Source: a virus
DNA length: 64,000 bases
IMG/VR virus record: IMGVR_UViG_3300048914_000195
Direction: 5' to 3' (one strand)
Part shown: piece after piece, positions 1 to 7,887 of the stretch
Numbering within the stretch: the stretch's first letter is position 1
Layout of the letters: every line of letters begins with the position of its first letter
The notes under the pieces: model-generated
The model's input: only the letters and a program-made list of their open reading frames with translations
The model's database searches: none
Told to the model about the DNA's origin: nothing
Program-made: the position numbers and the translations under genes

Positions 1-544
1 TCACAGATCGCTGTCCTGCATACCAATTTGGCTTGCTCTTCGGTTTGAGGGGATGCAGACCATATACTGGTATTTCATTTGGCGCTCCTTCGGCCGCTGC
101 CTGTTCTTCACCTATATCCTGCAATCGTTCTACACGAATGTCAGTGATTTTCAGGAACAGACGGCAGGCATCGTATGGCATGTGAATAGAGCTGCGCGTA
201 CGGCATTTGGCAGGTTTTGCGTCGGTTGCTGGATAACTATATTTGTGCAGGCTATCAAACGCGCTTTCAGAATCACCAGTTTCACCTATAGACCTTCTCA
301 CAAATTCTCCATGCTCCCATACACTTTCCCGCACCCATAGGATATCACCTACCTTACCGTAAGGGCATGAGCATCTGAGATGTTCAGCTTTCATTTCTTC
401 AGGACGAATACCCTCTTCCATGTACATAAGGCGGGTAATATCCTCAGGAGTTCGGGCTTTAATGATTCGCCGGGTAACAGTCTTCCTACCTTCCAGAATT
501 GCCTGAACCATTGGAGTGCTAAATAAAATTGGTTTCTTGTTCAT
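1..544 (-). CDS. ASCH-domain protein (3' end cut by window edge)
   Basis: Absent from the ORF track because it runs off the window. Manual translation from ATG 544 gives MNKKPILFSTPMVQAILEGRKTVTRRIIKARTPEDITRLMY..., open to position 2. The N-terminal FSTPMVxAILxGxKTxTRR block is typical of phage ASCH-domain proteins. It has an ATGA start/stop overlap with ORF 541..819. Confidence 0.7.
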   Translation of the reverse strand, partial: MNKKPILFSTPMVQAILEGRKTVTRRIIKARTPEDITRLMYMEEGIRPEEMKAEHLRCSCPYGKVGDILWVRESVWEHGEFVRRSIGETGDSESAFDSLHKYSYPATDAKPAKCRTRSSIHMPYDACRLFLKITDIRVERLQDIGEEQAAAEGAPNEIPVYGLHPLKPKSKPNWYAGQRSV

Positions 545-819
545 TTCTTGAATTTTTGTAAATGTTTCTTTAGTTCTGCCGCTGTTATTTCATACCACTT
601 CTTTGTTTCTAAGTGGCAGCATTTACGACTTGTTGGATAGAAGTCAAAAGCTTGATTGGTTGATAACGTGACGCGATACTGCCAAACGTTTATCTCTTCT
701 ATTTTTTTGGCGAAGTCATTTTCATATAACGCGTACACCTCATCAACTCCATTTGCCCAAACCTTGTATTTCAATCCATAGGGGTGTTTTATAAATTTTA
801 TTTGATGTTCGTATTGCAT
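541..819 (-). CDS. hypothetical protein (92 aa)
   Basis: Track ORF. First CDS after the 2-kb ORF-poor region, and translationally coupled (ATGA) to the ASCH gene. No motif recognised. Confidence 0.6.
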   Translation of the reverse strand: MQYEHQIKFIKHPYGLKYKVWANGVDEVYALYENDFAKKIEEINVWQYRVTLSTNQAFDFYPTSRKCCHLETKKWYEITAAELKKHLQKFKK

Positions 820-919
820 TTTTTTAAAAAAAGTTTCGCCAAATTATTATACTACATAATATAATAATTACAAGATTTTATTAAAGACTAAGTTTACGAA
901 GCGAAGCGAGTAAACAGCC

Positions 920-961
920 CTCTCTAAGGTCTCTCCCAAAAAATGAGAGAAACTTAGAGAG
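920..961. other. long imperfect hairpin
   Basis: CTCTCTAAG (920-928) pairs with CTTAGAGAG (953-961). An inner helix TCTCTC (930-935) pairs with GAGAGA (945-950). The loop is A-rich. Confidence 0.5.
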
Positions 962-1050
962 AGAAGGATGGTATTTTCAGCCCTGTCGATTATTTAAATA
1001 TTTCACGACCATCCAGAGTTTGGTCTGGAGCTGCCCAAGTTTATCGCCAG

Positions 1051-1079
1051 CACCCGCCGCCGGGTTTTAACCACGCGTA
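1051..1079 (-). repeat. GC-rich hairpin element related to the early-region intercistronic repeats
   Basis: The minus-sense sequence is TACGCGTGGTTAAAACCCGGCGGCGGGTG. It contains AACC-CGGCGGCGGGT (stem ACCCG/CGGGT), resembling AAACCACCGGCGGGTTCACGC found at 48297-48322 and 51889-51916. Confidence 0.35.
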
Positions 1080-1121
1080 GAAGTCTTTCATCTTCCTGTC
1101 AACTTGGTGACTTGTAGAAAC

Positions 1122-1160
1122 GAAAAAAGCCCAGGAGATTGCGACACCTGAGCCTGAGCT
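1122..1160 (-). terminator. intrinsic terminator (leftward)
   Basis: Minus sense: GCTCAGG (1159-1153), a 17-nt loop, CCTGGGC (1135-1129), then TTTTTT (1128-1123). The stem needs one G-U pair that is only possible in the minus sense. In the plus sense the stem is weaker but is also followed by a T-run. Confidence 0.5.
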
Positions 1161-1709
1161 TTTTCTAGTATTTCTACCAAAATCTTTATGTTTTCAAGTG
1201 TCGCAATTCAAAGGTACAATTAATTTCGAATCCGCAAAATTATTTTTTAGCACCACATATTCGGCAGCATGAGATTGTATATCCTATTGGATCTGTCGAA
1301 GTCGTAAATGTTGCCTCTACCCATACATGGGTTGTACATATTATTTGGTACATGATATAAAAAATGTAGCCCGTCAATCTTGAATGAAAGACGAGCTATT
1401 TGCTAAAATTTTAAAGTACGGGTTTATGTATCCCGCCAACATTTAAAACTACCTGTCCTTCCAGAGAATAATATCTGTGTTTTGGAGAATTACTACACAT
1501 TAGAGCTTTATCACAATCACATTACTATGACCTTGTATCTCAATATTATCCCTCAGTGAACTAAAGCTACTGGAATAGCTTGTAACCCTGGATTCTATCT
1601 CTATAGATCCATCATCTCATGATCAGTGAGCCTGTCTATAGTAGAGTTTTCCGTATACCTACATTTTTCATCCGTGCAGTTACTATCCCTCTAAGAGCAG
1701 GTAGTTTTG

Positions 1710-1782
1710 CGGGTGGACGCCGATTCGAACAGCGTAGCTCAGACTTTGGACGTCTAAACACCTCCCATGAGGCTCCCCTCCC
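1710..1782 (-). tRNA. tRNA-shaped element, anticodon CCA (Trp-type), non-canonical
   Basis: Manual fold of the minus strand, 73 nt: GGGAGGG-GA-GCCT-CATGGG-AGGT-GTT-TAGAC-GTCCAAA-GTCTG-AGCTA-CGCTG-TTCGAAT-CGGCG-TCCACCC-G. The T arm and TTCGAAT loop are good. The acceptor stem has an A-A mismatch, position 8 is G rather than U, the D loop is short and there are extra nucleotides before the anticodon stem. Confidence 0.4.
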
Positions 1783-1846
1783 ATTTTGCCGGTCTTCCCC
1801 GGCTTCCATCACGTTACTCAAATCTGTATACGTGAAAACAAATTCG

Positions 1847-1930
1847 TGGTCTAGGTGAGATTCGAACTCACTAAGCAGTTAAGCATCTGATTTACAGTCA
1901 GACCCGGCTCTCCAACTCCGGCGCACAACC
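1847..1930 (-). tRNA. tRNA-shaped element, anticodon GUA (Tyr-type, class II length), non-canonical
   Basis: Manual fold of the minus strand, 84 nt: GGTTGTG-CG-CCGG-AGTTGGAGAG-CCGG-G-TCTGA-CTGTAAA-TCAGA-TGCTTAACTGCTTA-GTGAG-TTCGAAT-CTCAC-CTAGACC-A. The D, anticodon and T arms are clean. The acceptor stem has 2 mismatches, position 8 is C rather than U, and the 14-nt variable region pairs poorly. Confidence 0.5.
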
Positions 1931-1934
1931 TGTT

Positions 1935-1960
1935 TAAAATCGCTTAGTAGAAACTAAGCG
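1935..1960 (-). terminator. terminator-like hairpin directly 5' of the Tyr-type element
   Basis: Minus sense: CGCTTAGT-TTCT-ACTAAGCG (8-bp stem, tetraloop) followed by ATTTTAAA. The U-tract is short. Confidence 0.4.
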
Positions 1961-2223
1961 CTATCATACACCAAAACAATCTTACGGTTTTATCGCAAGA
2001 AAAGAAATTTCTGACTTAGCATTCTGGCGTACCAATAGCCACTGGCACCTTACCCACCACCCGAACCGATTTACCTTTAGTATCAGGACTTACGGCAGAC
2101 ATGGCGTCGCTCACATTGTCATACATGGTAATTAATCATGCGCTTTCCTGTGTTACTTGGCTGCTAACCGCCTTGCGAGGGACATCTCGTCGTCAGAAAT
2201 ATGTTTAATAATGCATTTAGTTT

Positions 2224-2267
2224 TAAAAATCTGCTATCCCCAGTCGCCAAACTTAGATAGCAGATTA
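2224..2267 (-). terminator. intrinsic terminator (leftward)
   Basis: Minus sense: AATCTGCTATC (2266-2256), a 17-nt loop, GATAGCAGATT (2238-2228), running into a T-run (TTTTT). There is no T-run in the plus sense. Confidence 0.6.
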
Positions 2268-2698
2268 AAAGCTTTGATTCGGTAGCTTATGGATAAAAGC
2301 CATGCACTGTCGACGCATTTTATGTGTGCTTTGAATTCCACCCGAATCATTTTTTTTGATTTATCGAACTTGAGAGGCTACCGTTGCAAGTGTAAACCCT
2401 CTCACGTATCAATTATATGCGGGGCAGGACTGTTTACCTGAATGAGATACTTGGCTACGTAGGCTACACATGGTCCCGCAGTCTCGGTGTGCATTGCCCT
2501 GGAAACCATATCGTCTGCATACGACACGTATCACTTATCCTTGTAGCGTCTAATTCCGCCACCCGCAATGTGTTGCGGTACTTAGGGAATGGAAATTTCG
2601 ACACCCCTTTCCCACAATATCTTGATTCAAAGAACTTATTTAGTTTAAAGCTGGCACACGAATAGTCTCTGCCGGGATAATGCATTTATTATTCATTG
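2224..2698 (-). ncRNA. candidate structured non-coding RNA (~470 nt), family unknown
   Basis: Bracketed by the full-consensus promoter (2705-2735) and the terminator (2224-2267). Several helices are visible: 2563-2568/2573-2578, 2519-2523/2527-2531, 2371-2377/2398-2404 and 2276-2282/2342-2348. Helix 2472-2477/2501-2507 closes only with G-U pairs in the minus sense. The only ORFs are two mutually antisense ones of 73-82 aa. Confidence 0.4.
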
Positions 2699-2704
2699 TC
2701 AGTA

Positions 2705-2735
2705 CAAATATACTGATTATTTTCAATTACGCAAA
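2705..2735 (-). promoter_or_regulatory. Bacteroidota-type promoter, leftward (TTTG-N19-TATATTTG)
   Basis: On the minus strand the -7 box TATATTTG is at 2712-2705 and the -33 box TTTG at 2735-2732, with a 19-nt spacer. This is a full match to the TTTG / TAnnTTTG consensus described for Bacteroides and Flavobacterium housekeeping-sigma promoters. Confidence 0.6.
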
Positions 2736-2768
2736 TAATTAACCAAATAATGAAACATATTTTTTCGG

Positions 2769-2776
2769 TACATTTG
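2769..2776 (+). promoter_or_regulatory. -7 box TACATTTG upstream of portal-like gene
   Basis: Exact TAnnTTTG match, 19 nt before ATG 2796. Divergent from the leftward promoter at 2705-2735. Confidence 0.5.
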
Positions 2777-2795
2777 TTTTAACTTATGTATTATT

Positions 2796-5135
2796 ATGCA
2801 GGATAATAGACTGTTGGAGTTTCATCAAGGGACAAATAAACAGAAGGCGGATTATAAATTCGGCCTGATGGTAGCACAGTCTATTGCAAATACAGTTGCC
2901 ATAGGGTATAATAGTTACTTCTACAGGAGGAATGAAATCATCCGTCGTTCCCGAAACATTGCCATAGGAGATCAAGATATGACAAAATATCTTGACATGA
3001 TTAACATCAATGGCAAGGAGGCATATGTTAACCTTGATATGACACCTCCAAGAATAGCCCCTAAGTTTTTGGAGATTATCACCATGCGATTTATGGAACG
3101 TCCTGAATCCGTGACTGTGTCTGCCATTGATCCACAATCAAGAAAAAGGAAAGAGCGGGAAAAGGACCAGGCAGAGTATCGGATGGATAATAAGGGTTTC
3201 ATTGATACACTTACACAAGATACTGGTATACCACTTGAAGATCCCTCAGCATTCACCCCAGAGGACAAAGACGATCTGGACTTTTATTTTGGATATGAAT
3301 ACCAATTACCGGAAGAAATTAAATTTGAGAAGGGAATTCAGTACGTACTGACTGATAATGACTGGGATTCAGTCTGCAAAAGGAAGATACTGGAGGACTT
3401 GGAGGAGTGTGGATTTTCTGCAATCAGAACGTATGTTGACCCTAATGGTAAAATCAGACCTACTCCATGTGTTCCTGAAAACTCTTTTTACTCTTACAGC
3501 AAATACAACGATTTCAGGGATATAGCATGGTGTGGTGAATTTGTGAAAATAAAGGTGCCTGAGTTCCGTGCGAGGTTCGGTAATAAATTCTCAGGAGAAA
3601 AGGAAATATTTGAATGTATAAAACAGGCCGCAGTTGGGTGTTCCGGGTACAGTGAAACCCTGGCGTGGAATGACTTGTATTCATATTCATACTTCAGACC
3701 ATATGATGACTGGGAGGTTGAGGTGATGGAGTTTGAGTTTAAAACTGTTGATAACGATATATATACTGCTAAGAAAAATAAATATGGTAATCTCATCGCT
3801 GTAGACAAAAGGGATAAGATGCCGCAACGCCTCGGAGATAATAAAGAAGTTATCATCAAGCAGGTATACAATATTTACAAGGGGTTTTACCTTAAAAAAA
3901 TAGACAAGTTGCTTTGCTGGGAACTGGCAAAGAATATGATTCGCCCTCACAGCAACTTAGCGGACGTGTATTTCAGCTATTCTTTCTACATGCTGAAAAA
4001 CCGCGAGATGATGCCAACGCCGTTGCCTATTCGCATGGAGTTGTATATTAAGGCAATGACATTGAGCTTATTGAAGATACAGCAGTTAAAAGCAAAATTA
4101 CGTCCAGCAGGGATTGCAGTTGACATCAATGGCCTAAATGATCTTGATCTTGGGTTGGGCCGAAAGATACATGCACTGGAGTTACAGCAGATATATGACC
4201 AGACTGGTACATATTACTACCGGTCTATCAAGGAAGATGGGGAGACAAGGCAGCAAATGCCAATACAAGAACTTGCAAATGCAGGATCTGTCCCTCAGTT
4301 CCAAGCTCTGATTGAGGAATATAATTTCCAATTACAGTGCATGCGAGCAGATATTGGGTCTAACGAATATGTAGAGGGCCAGTCGGTAAATCCTAAGTTG
4401 GGGATGGGTGTACAGCAAACACAAATCCAATCATCCAACCGAACTACAGAATTTATATATGAGGCGTACCTGGCTCTTATGAAAGGCTGTACCCGGAATA
4501 TCGCCATATTGCTATGGGATAATATTATTGCTGGAGGCGCTCAGTATAGAGAATATGTGGGAGACGAACCGTTGGATAAAACTGTATTTGATGCAACAAT
4601 AGAGGTTCAGCCAGATGCCACTGAAAGGCAGTTAATGCGTGAAATGGTACAGACGGCATTAACGGCCGGGTTAATTGACTTCCAGGATGCATTCAAAATC
4701 AACAATATCAAGAATATCAAGTTGCAGGGCCTATATCTGGCACGCGCACAAAAACGTAGGCAGAAGGAGCAGATAGAAACCAACCAAGCTAATATTCAGG
4801 CGACGGCTCAGGCCCAACAGCAGTCAGCTGCACAGACGTCTCAGCTGAAGCAACAGGAGCTACAGCTTACTGGACAGATTAATGCTGCCACTGAACAGAT
4901 GAAAATAAAAGGACAGTCTGATATTCAACTTCAAAAACTTGTTAATGATTTATTACTTGAGTCATTTAAGAGTGGGAAGCCACTTTCTCCGCAGATGCAA
5001 GACATTGTGGATGGATATTTCGAGTCGAAATCTGATCAGGAAGAGAATCAAGAAGCCGCCACGGAGGAAATGATGGCCCAGGAGCGACAGCAGGCACAGA
5101 TGCAGGATCCACAACAATTACAACAAGCCGTTTAG
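2796..5135 (+). CDS. putative portal protein
   Basis: 779-aa ORF, first gene of the rightward module. It lies immediately upstream of the scaffold-like and capsid-like genes (podovirus order), and its size fits a portal. The C-terminal tail is Gln/Glu-rich. The call rests on position and size only. Confidence 0.5.
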   Translation: MQDNRLLEFHQGTNKQKADYKFGLMVAQSIANTVAIGYNSYFYRRNEIIRRSRNIAIGDQDMTKYLDMININGKEAYVNLDMTPPRIAPKFLEIITMRFMERPESVTVSAIDPQSRKRKEREKDQAEYRMDNKGFIDTLTQDTGIPLEDPSAFTPEDKDDLDFYFGYEYQLPEEIKFEKGIQYVLTDNDWDSVCKRKILEDLEECGFSAIRTYVDPNGKIRPTPCVPENSFYSYSKYNDFRDIAWCGEFVKIKVPEFRARFGNKFSGEKEIFECIKQAAVGCSGYSETLAWNDLYSYSYFRPYDDWEVEVMEFEFKTVDNDIYTAKKNKYGNLIAVDKRDKMPQRLGDNKEVIIKQVYNIYKGFYLKKIDKLLCWELAKNMIRPHSNLADVYFSYSFYMLKNREMMPTPLPIRMELYIKAMTLSLLKIQQLKAKLRPAGIAVDINGLNDLDLGLGRKIHALELQQIYDQTGTYYYRSIKEDGETRQQMPIQELANAGSVPQFQALIEEYNFQLQCMRADIGSNEYVEGQSVNPKLGMGVQQTQIQSSNRTTEFIYEAYLALMKGCTRNIAILLWDNIIAGGAQYREYVGDEPLDKTVFDATIEVQPDATERQLMREMVQTALTAGLIDFQDAFKINNIKNIKLQGLYLARAQKRRQKEQIETNQANIQATAQAQQQSAAQTSQLKQQELQLTGQINAATEQMKIKGQSDIQLQKLVNDLLLESFKSGKPLSPQMQDIVDGYFESKSDQEENQEAATEEMMAQERQQAQMQDPQQLQQAV

Positions 5136-5152
5136 AAATTAAATAAATAATT

Positions 5153-5160
5153 ATATTTGT
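5153..5160 (+). promoter_or_regulatory. -7 box TATATTTG
   Basis: Exact TAnnTTTG match in the AT-rich spacer before ATG 5192. Confidence 0.4.
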
Positions 5161-5191
5161 AACATAATTTGTTTAACCAAATTTATTAAAC

Positions 5192-6346
5192 ATGAGCATT
5201 TTAGATCCGGTGCCTGGGGCATCATATGATGCAGAAGGAAAGATTATAGAGAAAACAGTAGAGGAACCGGTAGTCCCCCCTGCTGGTGTAGATACTGTTC
5301 CAGCTACTGTACCGCCTCCTGCACAGCCTGTGGTCACAACGACAGTGTCTGCTGATATCAACTGGGAGACGGTTCTTGCAGAAAAAACAGGAGGCAAAGT
5401 GAAGAGTTGGGAGGAAATAGAATCCCGGCTTAACGCAGAGCCACAACAGCCAATATCATTTGCTAATGATGAGGCAAAAAAGGTATTCGAACACCTTAGT
5501 CAGGGCAAGATTGAGGATGTTCTTCAGGTATACAACGAACAGCGCCGCCTGGCTAATCTTGACAAGATGGGAGATGTTGACGCAGTAAAGCTGCTCATGG
5601 AATATAAGAATCCGAACTTTACCTCGGAAGACATCAACGACGAATTGTCAACAAAATATCAAGCCGAAAAGCCTGAAGAGCCTTCTGAAGATGATTACAT
5701 TGATGACGATGCATTCAGCAGGGCACAAAAGCAGTACACCAGAGATTTGGCGAAATACGAAAAAGATCAGAAGCGGTTGGATCGCCAGCTGAAGCTCGAT
5801 GCCAATAACGCACGTGAGCAACTCACCGGATATAAAAAAGACATTATTCTTCCTGATATAAACCCAAGTTATGCGCCCAGCCAAGAAGACCTTGACAAAC
5901 AAAAAGCTTTCGAGGAAAATCACAAGGCTGCGCGTGAAGCTTACTTAACAAGTCTGAAAAAGACTGCATCAGAATTTAAAGAAATACCATTTGAGTTTAG
6001 CGACGAGGGAGTCGTATTCAAGGGGTCTTACCAGATTGATGATGCAGAACGTTTGACACTGGAGAATGATCTTGCAAACAAGCATGTGATAGATGACATT
6101 CTGTTGCCTCGTTACGACAAGGGTGGAGTATACGACACACGACAGCTCATGGAAGATATCTATTTCTTGAACAACCGCGAGAAAATTATCAAGGCCGCTG
6201 TAAAGCAGGCGATTGCTCAAACAAGTCTGGACAATTTAAAAGCGCTGAAGAACATTGACTTGGATCAACAGCAGAGAGGAGTAGTGGACAATCAAGCAGC
6301 TGAAGCACAAAGAGCAAATCTTGTAAGTGCGTTCATGACTGCATAA
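5192..6346 (+). CDS. putative scaffolding protein
   Basis: 384 aa, very acidic and Lys-rich, with long helical/coiled-coil-looking stretches such as KQYTRDLAKYEKDQKRLDRQLKLDANNAREQL. It sits between the portal-like and capsid-like genes. Confidence 0.5.
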   Translation: MSILDPVPGASYDAEGKIIEKTVEEPVVPPAGVDTVPATVPPPAQPVVTTTVSADINWETVLAEKTGGKVKSWEEIESRLNAEPQQPISFANDEAKKVFEHLSQGKIEDVLQVYNEQRRLANLDKMGDVDAVKLLMEYKNPNFTSEDINDELSTKYQAEKPEEPSEDDYIDDDAFSRAQKQYTRDLAKYEKDQKRLDRQLKLDANNAREQLTGYKKDIILPDINPSYAPSQEDLDKQKAFEENHKAAREAYLTSLKKTASEFKEIPFEFSDEGVVFKGSYQIDDAERLTLENDLANKHVIDDILLPRYDKGGVYDTRQLMEDIYFLNNREKIIKAAVKQAIAQTSLDNLKALKNIDLDQQQRGVVDNQAAEAQRANLVSAFMTA

Positions 6347-6373
6347 ACAATAACAATCACAAACTAATTTATA

Positions 6374-7738
6374 ATGGCCGTTTTACAACCAGGCGTAGTA
6401 AGCCTACCAGTCGGTAACAGGCAGTTCCTTTCTGATCTTCAAATGCTGGACCGCCACTTTTCAAAAGAATTCGTTGAGAAATTCGGGAACCAGAACTACC
6501 ACACAGTCCTGAATTTATTAGGCAAGAAGGTTAAAGTAAATGGGCGCGACTTCTATCACCACGAATCAAGAGGTAAGATTCAGCCTAAAGCCTCTGTAAA
6601 TGCACAGGTTACAGCTCCTGCCGCTGGCGCAGACGTAACCGTCACTTTACAGGCCGGCGACCACTTTAATAGCGGTACACAGTCTCCAATTCGTGTAAAC
6701 GAAGTTGTTCGCATATCAACATCTGGTATTGAAGGTAAGATTGTAGCCGTAAACAAGGCAACTCCGAATGCACATACAGCCACAATTCGTCCTTTGCAAT
6801 CTGGCCAAGCATTCGTTTCGGCGGGCTCTGCGAACTTGAACGCGGGTGAGCTGCTGCTGCTGATGGGTGTAACTGAAGCTGGCGAACGTTCATCTGCTCC
6901 AGATCCACAATTCAATCTTACCGAAAAGGTGGCTAATACCACTACTGAGGTAAGGGATGTGATGAGGCTCACGGATCGAAACATGATAGAACGCCTGGAG
7001 TTTGAGTACAATGGCCAGCCGTACTTTAAGTACAAGGGCATGAAAGACACTCAGCTTCGCTTCCTCAACGATGTTGAGTTTAAATTAATGTTTGGCGATA
7101 TTGCCAACAACTTGGGCGCTGTTGGCGGCTCCGTTGGCACACAGGGTGTTATCCCTCGTGTTCGTCAGGGCGGTACGACTATTTCTTATACTCCAGGTTC
7201 ACTGGGTATCCCTGATATTCAGACACTGACTCGTACTGCGCTATTCAATGGCGGCCCAGATCAATACCATGGACTTGTTGATATATATTTGAGACAAGAG
7301 TTCAATAACGAACTGTTTTCACAGTATGGCGCAGGTGCCATCAACTATGGTTCTGTGGGTGGAAATGAGGAGATGATGGTGAGCTATGGTTTTAAGGGTA
7401 TGTACATGGACGGTTATAGCATCTTCCTGAAAACATACGCGCCATTCAGTCCAGAAGCTGTTGTTGGCGCTGTGCCTGCAACAGGTGTGCCTGAATTCCG
7501 TAATTTCGGGTTGTTCCTTGCACAAGGCAGCATGACAGATCCTCAGTCCAAACAAACCCTGCCAAACGTTCGCCTTGTTTACAATGCGGTGGAGAATGAG
7601 CCAGAAATTAAGAGCTGGGAAACTGGTGCGTATGCAAGCGTTCCAAACGGTGAAGTAGCCGAACTCGCAGTACACTGGCTTTGCTACCCTGCGGTAGAAC
7701 TGATGGGTACAAGTCAAAATGTAATTTTGGAGGGCTGA
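6374..7738 (+). CDS. putative major capsid protein
   Basis: 454 aa, directly after the scaffold-like gene and followed by an intrinsic terminator (7786-7812), as is usual for a highly expressed capsid gene. No motif-level proof. Confidence 0.55.
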   Translation: MAVLQPGVVSLPVGNRQFLSDLQMLDRHFSKEFVEKFGNQNYHTVLNLLGKKVKVNGRDFYHHESRGKIQPKASVNAQVTAPAAGADVTVTLQAGDHFNSGTQSPIRVNEVVRISTSGIEGKIVAVNKATPNAHTATIRPLQSGQAFVSAGSANLNAGELLLLMGVTEAGERSSAPDPQFNLTEKVANTTTEVRDVMRLTDRNMIERLEFEYNGQPYFKYKGMKDTQLRFLNDVEFKLMFGDIANNLGAVGGSVGTQGVIPRVRQGGTTISYTPGSLGIPDIQTLTRTALFNGGPDQYHGLVDIYLRQEFNNELFSQYGAGAINYGSVGGNEEMMVSYGFKGMYMDGYSIFLKTYAPFSPEAVVGAVPATGVPEFRNFGLFLAQGSMTDPQSKQTLPNVRLVYNAVENEPEIKSWETGAYASVPNGEVAELAVHWLCYPAVELMGTSQNVILEG

Positions 7739-7785
7739 CAACTATATGATTTTCAGTACTTTAATAGTTTTGTTTTAATATATAA

Positions 7786-7812
7786 CCGGTGGTTTTTACC
7801 TCCGGTTTTTTA
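7786..7812 (+). terminator. intrinsic terminator after capsid-like gene
   Basis: CCGGTGG (7786-7792), loop TTTTTA, CCTCCGG (7799-7805) with one mismatch, then TTTTTT. Confidence 0.6.
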
Positions 7813-7838
7813 TTTTATTATGCACACTCATAAAATCG

Positions 7839-7846
7839 TATATTTG
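7839..7846 (+). promoter_or_regulatory. -7 box TATATTTG
   Basis: Exact TAnnTTTG match just after the capsid terminator. Confidence 0.45.
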
Positions 7847-7887
7847 GTGTGACAAATATCGTCACAGGACAAGGTAAATTATCCGCT

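Noticed and set aside
53-340. 95-aa plus-strand ORF in the track
   Set aside because: It lies entirely antisense to the ASCH-domain gene, which has a clear family motif and runs off the window. The ORF's composition is Cys/Phe/Arg-rich and it has no promoter box.
1619-1858. 79-aa (+) and 61-aa (-) ORFs over the tRNA-like region
   Set aside because: They are mutually antisense and overlap the cloverleaf elements, and their sequences do not look protein-like. They are more likely an artefact of locally higher GC content.
1705-2343. tmRNA hypothesis (T-arm plus TCCACCC acceptor 3' strand at 1711-1717, with a matching GGGTGGA at 2343-2337)
   Set aside because: The pairing partners are ~640 nt apart, far longer than a tmRNA. 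The Tyr-type element and two terminators lie in between. I found no tag-peptide reading frame or 5' tmRNA-like motif.
2417-2685. 82-aa (+) and 73-aa (-) ORFs inside the candidate ncRNA
   Set aside because: They are mutually antisense, have unusual Cys/Arg/Phe-rich composition and match no family motif. The 73-aa minus-strand ORF cannot be strictly excluded, because it starts 13 nt after the predicted TSS. It is therefore listed as the refutation test for the ncRNA finding.
820-2795. Stop-codon recoding (TAG or TGA read-through, as in some Bacteroidota phages) as an explanation for the ORF-free regions
   Set aside because: Extending the local ORFs through single TAG or TGA codons quickly hits other stop types. 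All other genes in the window are intact under the standard code. The tRNA-like anticodons are GUA and CCA, not suppressor anticodons.
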